From the NCBI GenBank assembly GCA_964187785.1, contig OZ076413.1, positions 44,580,001 through 44,644,000 on the forward strand: 64,000 bases of DNA. The letters run 5' to 3'. The notes under the pieces are model-generated. The model had not been told where the DNA came from, made no database searches, and saw only the letters and a list, made by a program, of their open reading frames with translations. Below are positions 45,837 through 59,995 of this stretch, one piece after another. The stretch is from Amphiscolops sp. MND2022 (taxonomy: Eukaryota). Within the stretch, counting starts at the first letter, position 1; each line of letters opens with the position of its first letter. The position numbers were made by a program, and so were the translations under genes.

Positions 45837-48698
45837 CTTGTTAGGAATTTCCCCCCCCCCCCCAAAACGAAAACGGCTTTTTCACAAGTATATTAAGTAT
45901 TGAATGAATAAAACAAGTTGATATGCTTACAAATATTAACAAACGCGTGAATTTAAACTTCGTGGCAAAAGACCCAAATTTTTTAAATGCTGAATGCAAA
46001 GTTCGTAGTTTTGTAAATATGGAAGTATGTCGTTTTGGAAGCACATTTCAAAGATTGATTGATTTTAACTGTCAATCAATGTAAAAGATATGATTATGTC
46101 GACATCAATTTATTTATTGGACTAAAATTTCAACGCAACGATGTCGACATAATGGTATTTGACTATTTAAAATGTTATGTCGACATAATTAATTCGTTTA
46201 AAACTAGTATTTGAACCTACTGTATTATTTCCCCCCCCCCCGCCGCAGTTTGGGGGGAAATAGATCACATGGTCCCAGAGTTTTTTCAGTGTAGCGTGCA
46301 CTTTTGGCCAACCGTTTGCTTGCAGAGTTAATTCCGAATTGCCACCAAATTTAGGATATTCTTTTAGGCAGCTTGATAAATTTCAGCTGAATCAGTGAAA
46401 TTTTGATGCATTAGAATTCCTTGAGGGATTGATAAAAACATGATAAAATAACTTGGCAACCTACAAAAACTTGAAAAAGTTTAAGTAGTTTGAAACAGGG
46501 GGAAAGGTTTAAGCATTTAGGCAGAACAGGGGGAAGGGTTTAAGCATTTAGGCAGGGGAAACTAATGATAACTTAACACAATTGAGAAAAAACTATTTGT
46601 TTGAAACTTCGTAAGACCTTCTATGAGCAAAATTCAAAAAATATCCGTATCCAAAAAGTACCCAATGAGACGAAATGAAAATCTCTGCAACCAGAAAGTA
46701 CCTGATGTGAACAAATGAGATTCAACTGTAATACAAATATTTTTCGTTTTCAAAAGTAATTGCAATTTAGTAATTGAAAAGAGTGGTTTCCGGAATTCCA
46801 ATCCAACAAAAAAAGTACTACCGTGATTGATAGTACAACTATTTTTTACTTGAGATCCGAGGCAAAGTAACCAGAATTCTTAGAAAAGAAAAGACAGCTT
46901 TCAAGTTTTTGAAGTGAAACTTTTTGTAATGAAACAGATTTTTATCTTTGAGGGCAGGTTGTACTATTCAGGTCCTTCATTGAGTTGGTTCAAAGGTGTG
47001 ACCGACGTTGAGCCAGCTTTCATACAGAATGAAAACTCTGCTAGCGAAAGCGAACTTATATGTTACTTGTTATTTTCCGCCCACATAAATGGGGGAAGAA
47101 AATCATAATCTGTGTTGCGTTTTTTTAAAACAAATTCTGCCACATCTCCACTTTTACATAATACTAATAATTTATACATAATCTCCTGGTGCTTATAAAC
47201 AGACCTGCCATTTGTCCTAGCACGCCTTATCCGAACGTTATATACGAAGTTAATTGAGTTTTACTAAGGAGGAGACGGAGGTTCGAAATTATTGCGCTAT
47301 ATCCGAATTTTTGATGTTATATCCGAACTATGTTGCATTATACTAAGGAGGATGCGGAGGTTCGAAAACAATCCATTGCTTTTGAAGGCGGAAAACATCC
47401 CGGTGCACAGCGGGCGTCTTGTTTTCCTATACTTTGTTTTTCGCTTCTAGTACTGAGTGGATTCAATAAAGAGTGAATTTTTGAAAAACGCAAAAGAAAA
47501 ACATAAAAATCCTCAACCATTGAATGAAATATCGGTCAATAGTTTTCAATTATCTCAGAAACCCCCAAAAACCGTTCTAGAGACCTTTACTGTTGAGAAA
47601 GGTGGAGTGGGCTTTAAGCAGTAACTTTAAAGAGAAAACGTAGGAAAATAAAAAAACTTGAGATGTATAAAAGAATGGATTTTAACTTTTGTTGCTCCCG
47701 AAAAAGTTTCACAGCATAATGAAAAATTTATCGGTGGCCAAAAGGTGCATCTTAGAGGTTGTGGGAGCGGGTATCTCAAAGTTAGTTTTTCTTACTTGCT
47801 TATAAATTATGACCTACTTTCGATCCATGTTTCATTCACTTTTTATAGACGAGCAGCTGGATGGAGCACCTCAAAAAATAATGTGTGAAAAATAATATTA
47901 ATGAAATTGGGATCAATGATCTAAAACGCTAATTTATATCATTGACTGATATCGATATTTATATCTTCTTCATTTGGATAAATATCACATAATTTCAAGA
48001 AAATAATACTTCTGATAAATTTCAACGTGTTTCAACTCTGGACGTAATTTTGCAACTTCTGTAGAAAGTCTTTTTACTCGATGAATATATCCACTAAAAT
48101 TTCCGTTAAAATTGTTTTGAATAATTGAAACGAATGTGAAACATTGGAACAAATCAAAACAAACAGTGATTGTTCGAAGTATCAAAATCATAAAGATGAA
48201 ACTAGGAAAATTCGATTGGTTCGAAGTTGAACTTGAAACAATGGATACTGTTAAATCATGGTCAACACGAAAGCGGTGGGAATAATGTCGAGATTTCCAT
48301 CTGCACTTTATTGGGATCGGATCTCGAATTGGCGGGACAACTTTGGAATGGGAATCGTGACATCAGAATGTGAAGCTGAGAAAAATGTTCCAAAAACAAA
48401 AGGTTTGATTTCATTATTTCTCAACTTTGTCATTTCAAACACATATTTATCTGAGGATGTATGCAAAAATGAAGGATACATGCATCTCTTACTGATGAAT
48501 TGCTAGAATTTACGATCTGTATTGACAGTTCCTACAAATTTTTGTTGTTTATGGCAAAAGTGGCATTTATAAATTCGCGTACGCATAATGCCAACATTAG
48601 CAGGATGAAAACTTGCAACTTCAGTCAATGTTCAGTGAATAATCACAACCTAGAGAAGATTCTTTGTTTTAAAATTCTTCATTTCAGTGAAGAATTTG

Positions 48699-48978
48699 AT
48701 GTTCAAATGTTCACATAGACGCCTCTTGATTTCTTTTATCGGAATGACCTTGTATCTTCTACTGGGCGCACTTGTCTTTTCCAACATTGAAATGGACAGA
48801 GAGAAGACCAAAAAAAAAAGAAATCAGAAATGAGATACAGAACAGTGTGCGATCAACAGCTCAGATATTACTTTCGAATGTTTTCAACTTTTCGACTGCC
48901 GATAATTGTACAATGCGCAGACAAAATTTCCCGAGAAACGTCAACAGCGAAATTGTTTCGAAGGAAATTGAGAGAATG
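48699..48978 (+). CDS. K2P (KCNK-like) potassium channel exon: M1 and cap; +1 frameshift in A10 run 48810-48819
   Basis: MFKCSHRRLLISFIGMTLYLLLGALVFSNIE (M1 signature), continuing KKKEIRNEIQN...EIERM in the +1 frame; donor gttaga at 48979; acceptor tttcag at 48687. Confidence 0.7.
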
Positions 48979-49148
48979 GTTAGAGGAACTTCTCAACGTA
49001 ACACTAACTGTCACTATTTAGAATGTAAACTGAAGCATTTCAGTTTCACGTCAATTCATAGCTGGCTAATTTTCAACCTTTTGGTAAAAGCAGGTAAATT
49101 CTTCCACAAAGTTAGTACCCTCTAAATATTTAGAATATACAAACTTTA

Positions 49149-50415
49149 AACAAGACAGGAACGTCTAAAGTCGGCATTATATCTAAGGTTCAAAAAGCGC
49201 AAAGATTTTAGGATATGCTCAAGATGTTTTTCAAATGAAAAAGTCTCAGTTTCAAAACACCGTAAGGGTGTCGTTCGTGCTGGGAAAACGCTTCAGAAGC
49301 TCGGATATAACATGCTGAAACAAATGCGAGCGCTTTTTCAGACCCTATGCCTCCTCTTCAGTAAAACGCAAATTACTTCAAATGTGACGTCAAAAGTTCG
49401 CTTATAGATCATTACTCCGGATATTACGTCGAAATTTTACAAAGTATTGAAAAAAAAATATTTGTGGGTATATATTGAGAATTTCAGACTAAAAAAGAGA
49501 ATTTTGAAACAGTCTCATGGTGCCAAAAAAAGTAAAAGGGGACACTTTGGGCTTTTTGAAAATCCAGTTTGTTGCAAAATATTAAAAAATTCGAAGCGGG
49601 GACTCTTTGGAGACAAAAAATTGGAAAAAAAACGTAGTGTGCCGAAAAATTCAAAGGGGGACCCAATAGTCTCGTCCGGTTTTGTATCTTATGTTAGAAA
49701 TGGAGCAAATGAAAAGGGAACCCTTTGCACTGTTTCAGATGCGTTTCCGCTTTCCGGTCCACTACGCATACATTCTGTTATCTGACGGAAAAAAGAACAA
49801 GCCGGGACCGGCCCAAGTCGGCAGCATATCGGAGGCTCAAAAATAGCAAAAGGACTTCCAAGTGTCAATTTACAGTACTCGAAAATCGAAAAATCAAAAA
49901 ATGGACAGAGTGGCGCGCCGGGGCCCGCTAGCGCGAGACCCTGGCGCGCTAAAAGGGGGGACACTTCCGAAATTGTCAACATTTTTGTCGCAGTTGAAGT
50001 GGACCCTTTGGCAAAAAAAAATTGAAAGGGGGGACCTTTTGGGATTTTTCAACATCCATTCTGTCGCAAAACAGCAAAAAAATTGAAGGGGGACCCTTTG
50101 AGGAAAAAAATTCCCAAAAAAGTCTCGCAGCGCCGAAAAAAATTGAAAAGGGGGACCCTTTGGTCTCGCCCGGTATGGTATGTTACACGGGAAAACAGGA
50201 ACTTTTTTTGGTTCAGTTTGCTGGGCCAAATGGTGCAATTCGGTGCAATAATATTTTGTAGAACTTTTAAGAACTTTTTTGGTCAGTTCGTGTGGATTGA
50301 AAAAAAAGAAAAAAAGTCACTATAATAGTCCCGTTTCACTTCATGAAGCGCCGACTAAAAACAACATTCAAGTATTAGTCGCGCTCATTTTCCACTGAAA
50401 TGCGCCGACTAAAAA
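49149..50415 (-). mobile_element. Nested/tandem Helentron-like non-autonomous copies in K2P intron 1
   Basis: aacaagacaggaacgtctaaagtcggc at ~49149 and aacaagccgggaccggcccaagtcggc at ~49796; gcgccgactaaaa hairpin ends at ~50360 and ~50415. Confidence 0.55.
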
Positions 50416-50876
50416 ACATGCTTGAATTCGCAGCAATGATAGATTTGCCAGACATAACTAGGAAAAACAAGTTTGACTTTGAGATTATTATTTTCTGCCT
50501 ATGTTTTATATGATGAAAAATTCAACCACTGTGCCGTTTTTCACACTTTTTGCTATGCTCTAATTTCATATTCTACCTACCACGTTTCTACCACAGACTT
50601 CAGCGACAAAAAAGGTTACAATCTTTGCATCTAGAGATATCTGCTCAGATTTTGAAAAATACCCCAAAGGACAAAAAAATTGAGACTATATTTTTTTCAT
50701 TTTTAATGATTTTTAGGATCCCGGTGCTTAGCGTGTGTCTTTTCAATTGTTAAACTGTGTATCTATTATTGATAGTCTCACTTTCGGTTTCAATACTTTT
50801 CACCGTCAAACAGTGCCATGAGCTCTGAAAAAAAGAAACCATTAGGTTGAAAGTTACTTCATCTTCCTTTTTTCAG

Positions 50877-50997
50877 GTCGAAAACTTGTTGGACTTGCTA
50901 GGTGTGAACGGTTTCAAGATGAACTCCTCGGAAATAATAGTGAACTGGGACTTCATTGGAGCCTTTTACTTCTGTATGACAACAGTCACCACTATTG
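50877..50997 (+). CDS. K2P exon: pore helix 1 (..WDFIGAFYFCMTTVTTIG)
   Basis: tttcag acceptor, gtatgt donor, phase 1 inside the Gly of TIGYG. Confidence 0.88.
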
Positions 50998-52863
50998 GTA
51001 TGTGAGCTTTATTCCCAATGTGTATGTGGCAGAGCAAGTGCCGCTGTTATTGCATAACGCCTTTAAAAAAACCTTCGCACTAACAGGTTGCTAACTAACA
51101 CACCCTTACTAAAAAAACATCAAAAGAATCATTGCCACGAGGTCTAATTTCAAAAAACAGTTACTCCAAATTCAACATTGTTTTATCTGACAAAGAGTCA
51201 GCTATAACAGTATAGTTGCTGATGCTAGAAAAGAATCTCAGAAAAAATTGACATTGGAACCAGTATTGAAGCCCGGTTTCCCATCCATACAAAACCAGGA
51301 TGCCTCAACCAATCATCTCAATTACGATACATATGCCGCAACGAAATAGCAAGATCTTGCTAGTTCGATTAACAGCCAAAAGAAACGCGTTATTATTTCT
51401 GATACGCGTTACGAGTTTTACTCGTTACACTGTGTGATTTGGCGTTACGCGTAGTGATCAAACTACAGTAAATGACTACTTTACACTCTCTATAATTACG
51501 TACTTTGACTGGTTTCCACTTCACACACGAAGACGGAAATTGATTGTTTTACACATTAACCTGGTACACATTTTGACTGGAATTCACTTTCAAAGTGAAA
51601 AACAATCAAAGTGTGTAAGTTAGTGATAACTTTGACTGTTTTCCACTCTGAAGCATTCGTTGTTTTCTTTCAAACCTGGTACACATTTTGACTGGAATTC
51701 ACTTTGGTAAAGTGTGTAAGTTAGTGACACCTGAATATGTATTACAAATAGGACGCTTACCATTCGGTTGAATCTGGGACAACCGCCCAGTCACTCGACT
51801 AAAATACTCAATTATGAGTCATGTAATCACCGCTTTTCAAATAGCAAGTGAGGATGAAGCTACTTTACCATTTACTTCGCGAATGTAATCAATTCGCATT
51901 AAAATGGCTGTAAAGTTGATCCTAGCTGCATTTGAAAACAAAACTGATACTTAACGAATCCTGCAAAACCTTAAGGCCTAAAATTTTCAGTAAATGTTTC
52001 CAGCAGCTCAATAAAAGTCGAGAACAACATTGTTACTGCTTTAGAACTTCTGTAAGAATTCTACAAAATGATGGCAGCAATTGCTGGCAACCTTCAAAAA
52101 CTTATGAAAAGTTCAAGCAGTTTGAACTAGGATAGTCATAAATCAACGTTCGTAATTTTCGGAGTATGATTTCTGCTCATCCATAGTATGATGAAAGAGT
52201 GATCAGAATCTGCGCATACAGGTTTATTTTTAGAAGGTCACCATTGACGAGGCTTACACTATTCCGTTAGAGGAAATGACGTCTATGAAATAACGTTCAA
52301 AGCAAGTTCGAAAAAATATCCGATAGTATTTATTGATATTAAAGTCCAAAAAGATTATTTGACTCAGCCTTCCTCCTAGTAGAGGCGCTTCGCGCCCCTC
52401 CAGGTCGGCTTTCGTCAAAAGCAGTAGGAATCGGTGAACTGATACTTCACTTCGCCTGAATTTAGGGCACTGGAGGCATGTGACCGTGGCAGGTAACCAT
52501 TGCTTTCTTGGACAATTTCACTAAAATGTTTTCGAACGTTATTTCTTTGAACATTCATAACTTCTTTGGACCTTCCCTTTTGTTATTACACGTCTCTTTT
52601 GTTCAGTATATGCTTCGTCTGGTTCCATGAAGGTTATAATAACATAAAAACAGGGCATAAGAAGCAGGCATATGATGAAGTTCCTCTATTAGTAACAAAT
52701 TTTAGTAGTGGTTGAATTAGATCCAAACGAAAAAAAAGAAAAATACTATCCTTACGTTCCTTCGTTTCTACTCAAGTAACAAAACTGAAAGTTCAAGATT
52801 GTTAGGTCGACAAACGTTTTAAAGGGCATCGAATTATGAATTTCCTCTTGCTTGCTGTTTCAG

Positions 52864-53034
52864 GCTATGGCAACTTTACTCCAACAACAGACGTGTCGAG
52901 ACTGTTGACTGTTTTTTACGCACTTTTCGGTATCCCTGGATTTTTCTACCTCTGTGCGCAAGTCAGCACCTACATTCAAGACATGTTCTCAAAATGGCGC
53001 CAATGGTGCCAAGACGACAAATCGGCTTTCAGAA
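52864..53034 (+). CDS. K2P exon: GYGNFTP, M2 (YALFGIP)
   Basis: tttcag acceptor completes TTIG|YGNFTP; donor gttagt at 53035. Confidence 0.88.
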
Positions 53035-53308
53035 GTTAGTCCTGAGATCTAATTTAAGCTTTTGAAAGCTTACAAGAAAGCTCAATTTACTCTGAACGCA
53101 AGAGAAGAGTAACCCACTGGCCGTTATTTCCATCATTAGGACTCAAAGTTTGATTTATAAAACCAACCTTCAAAACTCACACAATACACACACACACAAC
53201 AGTCGATTGAATTACGCAGCCGAGTTTTTGATTAGTACCAGATCCTGCTTGAAAAAGTTCGGGAAAATTTTTCGCCTGAGGTGTTGGTAACTTTGGAGGT
53301 CAATAACA

Positions 53309-53800
53309 AACAAGACAGGAACGTCTAAAGTCGGCGCTATATCCAAGGCTCAAAAAGCGCAATTATTTAAAATTGTAAGAGGGGGGATGGACCCTTTCGG
53401 CTTTTTGAAAATCCAATTTGATGCAAAAAATCGAAAAAATTGAAGGAGGACCCTTTGGAGACATTTAAAAAATATCGAAAAAAAAACAAAAACGAGAATT
53501 TTCAAAATGTCTCACAGTGCCAAAAATCGTAAAAGGGACCGTTTGGGCTTTTTCAACATCCATTCAGATGCAAAATATTACAAAAGGTACCGAAAAAGGG
53601 GGCGCCAAAAAAGGGGGCGCAGTAAAAGGGGGCGCAGTAAAAGGGGGCGCAGTAAAAGGGGGCGGAAACTTCTCATAGTGCCAAACAATTGGAAATTGGG
53701 GACCATTCTGCTTTGAAAAGGTTTTGTGTTTCATGTTAGAGGCTTTTGATGCGTTCAAAATCAAGTACTAAGTACTTTTGATAAAAGTGCATAATGCACA
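53309..53800 (-). mobile_element. Helentron-like family copy containing an (aaaagggggcgcagt)n repeat
   Basis: Terminal aacaagacaggaacgtctaaagtcggcgc; 15-bp tandem units at ~53593-53664. Confidence 0.5.
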
Positions 53801-56601
53801 AAATGTAATGAAAAGCACTTAGCGTTTGTTCGCTACATAGGGTGGAGGAACTGATGCCATGGATTAAGATTCGGGACCAATCACCATAACGCCAGCCCAT
53901 TTAGTCCTCCTAAGAAAGCCGGTCCCGAGGAGGGGGAACCGTCTCTAGGGACACTCTCTGACCTGTTCCAGTCTGTAATTGCTATGAGTCACATGAATTA
54001 CGCTTTTCTCTTCGTATCCACTGCGTAAATTGCCTATACAAAAGGGGCGAGGTTGCATAGAACTAATTTTCTCCAGATGGGAATCTACTGTAAATAGCAT
54101 CAATAGAGTAGCCCTCGAGCTAATAATTAATCAAACAAATATGGTAAACACTACAATCGAGTACTGAAGTCCAGTTTGGCGAGTTGGGCTGGTTCCTGGA
54201 TGGCATGGCACCAGCGCTCGAGCTGGGCGCAACCCCGGGCATGGATAATGCAATCAAAACCGTCAAGCTGTTTTCGGGTAAACTCCTGTTGACATATAGA
54301 GTTTCAGCGCATGGGCTGTCGAAATACACAAATTCGTGACCATACACGTGTTTTCGTATGTCTTTTTGCTCTTCCGCTTCGCGGGGCTGCCTTCTTCTTG
54401 TTCCTTTATGCTTTTTACGGGCTGGTACTTCATAAAAGCACGTCCTTGGGCCACGTCATTTTTGAACGAATTTTTCAACATTTTCTAAAATTTCGTTGAT
54501 CATAGGGTGACGTTACATCCACTCCCCGGGATTCTGGCTTGTCGTCGCCGGCAAGCTTGTCAGGACCTCGTCCAGGAGTAGAACACTGTTCATGCTGTGG
54601 ATACGTCTTTGAAACAAGATGCCATCTCGTATAACGGTTACTGTGAAAACGTCGCCGTCTGGGATCCTGAGTAATTTTACTGCATAAACCTGGTATTTTT
54701 ACAAAAAAATATGGACGTTTTTAGCACCAGCTCGAGAGCTAGAAATTTTCAGGTGGCTTTTGCCGTTTTGAGCTCCTTTGGAGGTTAAAATATCTTTTGC
54801 GGCGAATGCCAGCTAAAAACATTTTTCTGCAGTTTTTTCGAAATTCTGTTTTGTACCAATTTTGTCTTAAATTTCGTCTGCTAGGAGCGCGCGAGCTCCG
54901 CTCAAAGGACAGACAGTAGATAGAAAGTACATGACCCAACAAAAGAGTGACAAACCAGTCTAAAATCTTTTTTCTGGGCTTCCGCTTGGCTTCGGGACCG
55001 GGCTTCTCTTCCTGACACCGCTCGAGGTGTTGACTCAGGTGAAAACAGTACTTACCTTGTTTCTTTATCTCTTTTTTCATAATACTTCGTTGAATTCAGT
55101 TTCAGCGCGAGGGGCAGGCGCACTCAATGGCCATACACCCACGGCACACTGAATAAAATAACTAACTAGAAAACGTTAACTAAAATTTCATTAGGGCAGC
55201 ACCATAAAAAGGCTACGTAGTTTTATGTTTGTCAAAGTTTTGGCATTGCTTGGCATTGCAAGCCCTTAAATTCAGGCTGTAGTGTAGCTGGTGAGCCCTC
55301 GAGCTCACCGACGTATTGGCGATTGCTAACATGGCATTCATTGAGCAGCTGACTTGTTCCTGCTCCTGGGTGAGATTTCTCGCGGTGGGGAGGCATCGCT
55401 CACTGAGGCGCGTCTTGTGGGCGAGGGAACGACGGATTCGGCATCGGTGTCAATAGTTAGTTCCCTAATTGGATCAGCTAGAGCCGCATTGGGCGTGAGC
55501 TCGGCTGCGTGCTCGCCAGATTGATCAGGAGTCACAGGCATAGCTGTATTTTCGATGACTTCTTGCATTGGTGCGGCTTCTACAGGCAGCGGTTGCTCTA
55601 AGGACATGGCCATGGTCAGCGCAGCAGTCGATTGAGCAGGCGGTGGAGCATACTGCAGGGCGCGTTCGGCCTCGGTTCGACAGGCGGCTGCAAGGCCAAC
55701 ACGCTTAGAGACCCATGCAGACTGTTTCCAAAGCCCGCAAGCACTTTTTTAAGCTTCGAAGTTACAGACTTGTAGGTTCAGGCACTCTTCTTGACATTCT
55801 GTGCGCGACTCTCCGCCTAGGTCAGAATTTACCATATCCAATAGCGCCAGAGGCATGTCACCAGACATAGTCATTTTTCTTAGCGGACGCCATACTGGAT
55901 CATATTGCAATGGAGCCATGCGACGAGACAGGCTGCGATCTCGCATCTGCGCTGCTACTTCTATCCACTGGGGAACGCGAGCGAAATCCAGATGCTGCAA
56001 TTGGTGGTCCAGGTGTTCAATGTTTTTTTTTCAAACTTCTTTGTTCAAAAATTTCTATAGTTCTACTCAAGTTTCATTGTTAATTTTTGTATACTGTTGG
56101 CGAGTTCCAAATTGAGGGTGAAAATATCTTTTTAGAGAGCTACTTTACGAAGACGCTTGAGAACGCGAGATAGCTCGGAATCTATCAATTAGAGCCATTA
56201 AAGCAAATATGCACAAGTTTTTTTTTCATTAAATTTGTCGTTTTTTCCATAATCTTTCTATTGTTTAAATTTTAAACTTGAAAAACTTTAAGAATACATG
56301 ATCGAAGAACAAAGAAAACAGATAAACGTCTGAAGCATAAATGAATGAGATGTATAAACAGGTTTCTTTAAATGACAGAACCGAAAGGTAAGATCATTGA
56401 TGAAGACTCAAAAGTTGTTTCTGTCAGTGGTAGTATACTACATGGTATTTTTATTCATCCTCTCATCATTTAAGAAAAAACATTCCCAAACCCATTTTGT
56501 CGGCCCTCAAAATTGAAAACTCAAAACGTTCCAGACTATGAAAATAGATGATCCTTTGTTTCAGGATACCTTGTGATGTATTTGTGAAGTACCTTGTGAA
56601 G

Positions 56602-56921
56602 TATACCTCGTGATGTGTTTAGTTCTAGTACATGTTCTTCTGGCTACAATATTGATTAAGAAACTGGAATTCATAACAGCAGTCTATTTCATAGTGATCT
56701 CTCTCACTACTGTGGGGTACGGGGATATATACCCCATAGACCCCGAAGAGAATGACAACTCGAGTTTGACCAGAATCATGTCCTGCGTCAGTCTGTGGAT
56801 TTACATGATAATTGCGCTATCCCTCTTCGCAAACTTGATCTCGCTCATTCAAAATTGGATAGGAAAAGCTGCAACTGTCGACGTTGAAGTTGTAATTACC
56901 AATTCTAGTACCAAACATTGA
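56602..56921 (+). CDS. K2P last exon: M3, pore 2 (SLTTVGYGDIYP), M4, stop
   Basis: Second selectivity filter TVGYGD; 5' boundary uncertain because of a local duplication at 56566-56602. Confidence 0.85.
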
Positions 56922-59900
56922 CGTCTTTCGATCCCACGAGTTTTGTATTATGTTGTTTAATAGAAATAACGCGAGTAATAGAAATGTTTTCAATATCCCT
57001 TTACAAAGAAATGCTATACCTGTTTGTTTTCAGTATTAAAAAATGAAAAAGTGAAACATATTTGAAAAAAACACGTCAAAATTTGTTTCAACTCAAACAT
57101 AGAACGGTTTTAATCGTCAGTCTAGAAATTGAGAGCAAAGATTCTTGATATTGAAATTGGAGAAACTACTCTTCTTTCATAGAACATATTTGTTACTGAA
57201 AATGAATTGTAGCAAAAAGTAGCACAGACACAACAAAGTGCTCGAAATCACTTCAGACAAAAAAATCAAAACTTCTTTGAAACGCAAAGTTTGGAATTCC
57301 AATTTAAATCATTATATTAGCCGTGATTTAAAAACTAGCGCTTATGATTTAAACTTGATGTACGTTTTTATCTTCAAATGCAATATTTTCCCCAACAAAC
57401 TAATTTAGACCAGTAGTTTTGAGTTGAATATGCCACAGAATGGCATGTTTCCAAAAAATGGAAGAAAGTTTGAAGGTAGCAAATTCTTTAAGAAAATGAT
57501 GAATTAAATGTGCCATCTAGCGCTTTTTGGATTTTTGTAAATTGATTATTGAGGTTTCTGTTATGAATACCCAAATAAATTAACTATTCTTATTCCTAGC
57601 TATTCCATTCAATGCAAGGGAGTGCTCAGCTTGACTCTCATGGCAAGTGCATGAACTATCATTTATTATCATGGACTGTTCTGCACCTTACTTCCGATCC
57701 ATGCAGTTTCATGAATGACGAAAGTCTATTTGGATCGGATCTTGAGTCATTGGTAGTCATGCATGTTATTTTTGCACCATTCAAGGATAAACAATCCATA
57801 GTATTCCACAGTTTAATTTCTATGTTATAAATTTGTTGATAATTCTCCAGTATTATCTTGTTTTTGTTATAAATTTGTTGAAAACTAAGTTTATTTGATT
57901 GTAACATCTAAAAATTACACAGAACCCAAAACAGAAAGATGAAAAGAACTTCATTTCGTTTCGTTTCTTTTGTGAGATCAGAGTAATATCAAGGTTGCCG
58001 TTATAATAGTTGCCGCAAAAGTTGATTTCAGGAATAATCAATTTTGGTTTGTGGACAATCTGGGTGGGCCAATGAGCAGTTTGAGAAGTGAACCATTGCA
58101 AACAAACACGACTCGTCTTTCAAAAAATAGTGCTTCCAAAAACATTTGTTGTCAATAGAGTTTCAGAGGAAAAAATAGCAAATATGTATGTCGCAGGCTG
58201 CCGCCTGTGACGGTACAACGATAACAACTACGGCCGAAGGACAGGAAATTGCACCCGGGACGTTGCCAACCTACTAATGCTAGAAGTTAACAAACATTCA
58301 GTTAAACCGGAACTTATTCTATTTTTCATCCTAAGATACTCTTTTGCAAAATTGTTATATTATAGAAAGTTTTGTTATGAGTCTGTTAACGTTGCTAAAT
58401 TGATCGAGTTGCTGTAGATGTACTTGGATTAATACAAAAACAATGTAAAAAGGATTGACTGCAATTCAATACGGAAACGAGTTTGAGTGCTTTTCTGTAC
58501 TTTTGCGCCAACGTTGATTAATAGTACATTTCTGACAAATCACAAGCCTCTATATAGTGGTGCAGTTAATTTATTTGCCGGTTACAGCCGTTTGACTGAG
58601 TGATAATAATGAAATTGTCTGTACTTAGGCAATTGGCCGGTTCAGGCCAAAGGCGTGCTTTTGTAATATAATGCCGACTATAAGATGAAAGGAGTTAATA
58701 TTAGTGTTTGTAGTATTTATTGTTGAATTGTTTTGATGCTAATAAAAACCAGTTTCCGGACCTATTCCGGCTAATACTCCCAGTGTGAATGTGTGCTCAA
58801 TGGCCTTACTGGCCTTCTTTAGTACATAGTTATCCACTGCATGTAATATTACGATAACTTCACCTGCGTGCCTTTTCAAAGTTGGCGTGCTAGCAGGTGC
58901 TTCAGTGTGCAATCACATAGTTTGAATACCCCAACAATGATGACGTGAAAAAATTACTTCAGACTTAACTCAGTATTTCCAAGACTCAACTCAAAAATGT
59001 CCCTGATGTATTGTAACGAATATGCTTTGTTCAAACCGATGCTTTGATTTGTCCATTTGTTGATGTCTGAATGCCATTCCAGGAATGTGAACCCGGAAAG
59101 GCCCATGACATTTTCCCTTAATTTTGTTGACATATCCAGGCTAAGGAATGTGATTATCACTCCTATCGGACTATATATACTAGCAACTCTCATAGAGAGG
59201 GGACAATTTTGTTTTACCTACTCTGATAAAGTTAACAACAAAACAGTTATTGCTGTTTAACCCTACTCATTTGATTTTCCGATCAGAAGTAATTCGAATA
59301 TATATACTCGGACTTTCTTCATGTCTACCACTAGAAAACAAAAGAAAGCTAGAATGTCAAGTGAACAAGAGATGATATCTGACATAGAGAACCTTGACAT
59401 AATGTTAGGGGGAAAATAAACTAGGAAGGGAGGAAAGTGAATCTAGCAACTTAAGAAGGAGGCCTGAAAGCACCAGTTTTAACATTTTGATAAATCAAAA
59501 CGTTCAACCACACTCCAATTCTCCTGAAGCAGAAATTAGGAGTTATACTCAAACTGGCCACAGTATAAGAGAATCAGAGTTCTGTCAGTTCCCAGATTCA
59601 AAGGGCCATAAATGAAGCCATAAATGACCAAATATTGCCTCGGATTCAAGCAACTCTGTGGTCCGGTCAAGAACAGATGACCGAAAGGAGATGGGAAATC
59701 CCAGCTAGAAGACAGGGGTTTAGCTTTGAAGAGGCCATTGACCGCAGATTCAGAAGTAGTTTTAGAAACGAGTGTAATAGGGATTCTAATGGAAATGAAA
59801 ACTTAAACAACACTTGTGACAATGTAGCTCACGTAGTCTTCCCAGAAACTGATGTAGAAGCACAGAAAATGTCTGCAAAGATATAAAGCTGCGATGAAAA

Positions 59901-59995
59901 TATAGCAAGCTATCTTGAGTGAATTAAATTTATGAGAATAGAACGAAGGTAGAGAGCCAGTATGAAAATACCACCAAAAAACAGTTTAGAAACGT

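Larger units (their letters stand above)
27454..46275. mobile_element. Merlin-like MITE split by LTR element E2
   Basis: TIR ggaccatgtgatctatttcccccc (27454) / ggggggaaatagatcacatggtcc (46275); 8-bp TSD cagagttt at 27446-27453 and 46276-46283. Confidence 0.85.

Noticed and set aside
53507..53716. Protamine-like ORF with KRGRS repeats
   Set aside because: Translation of a 15-bp minisatellite inside a repeat copy.
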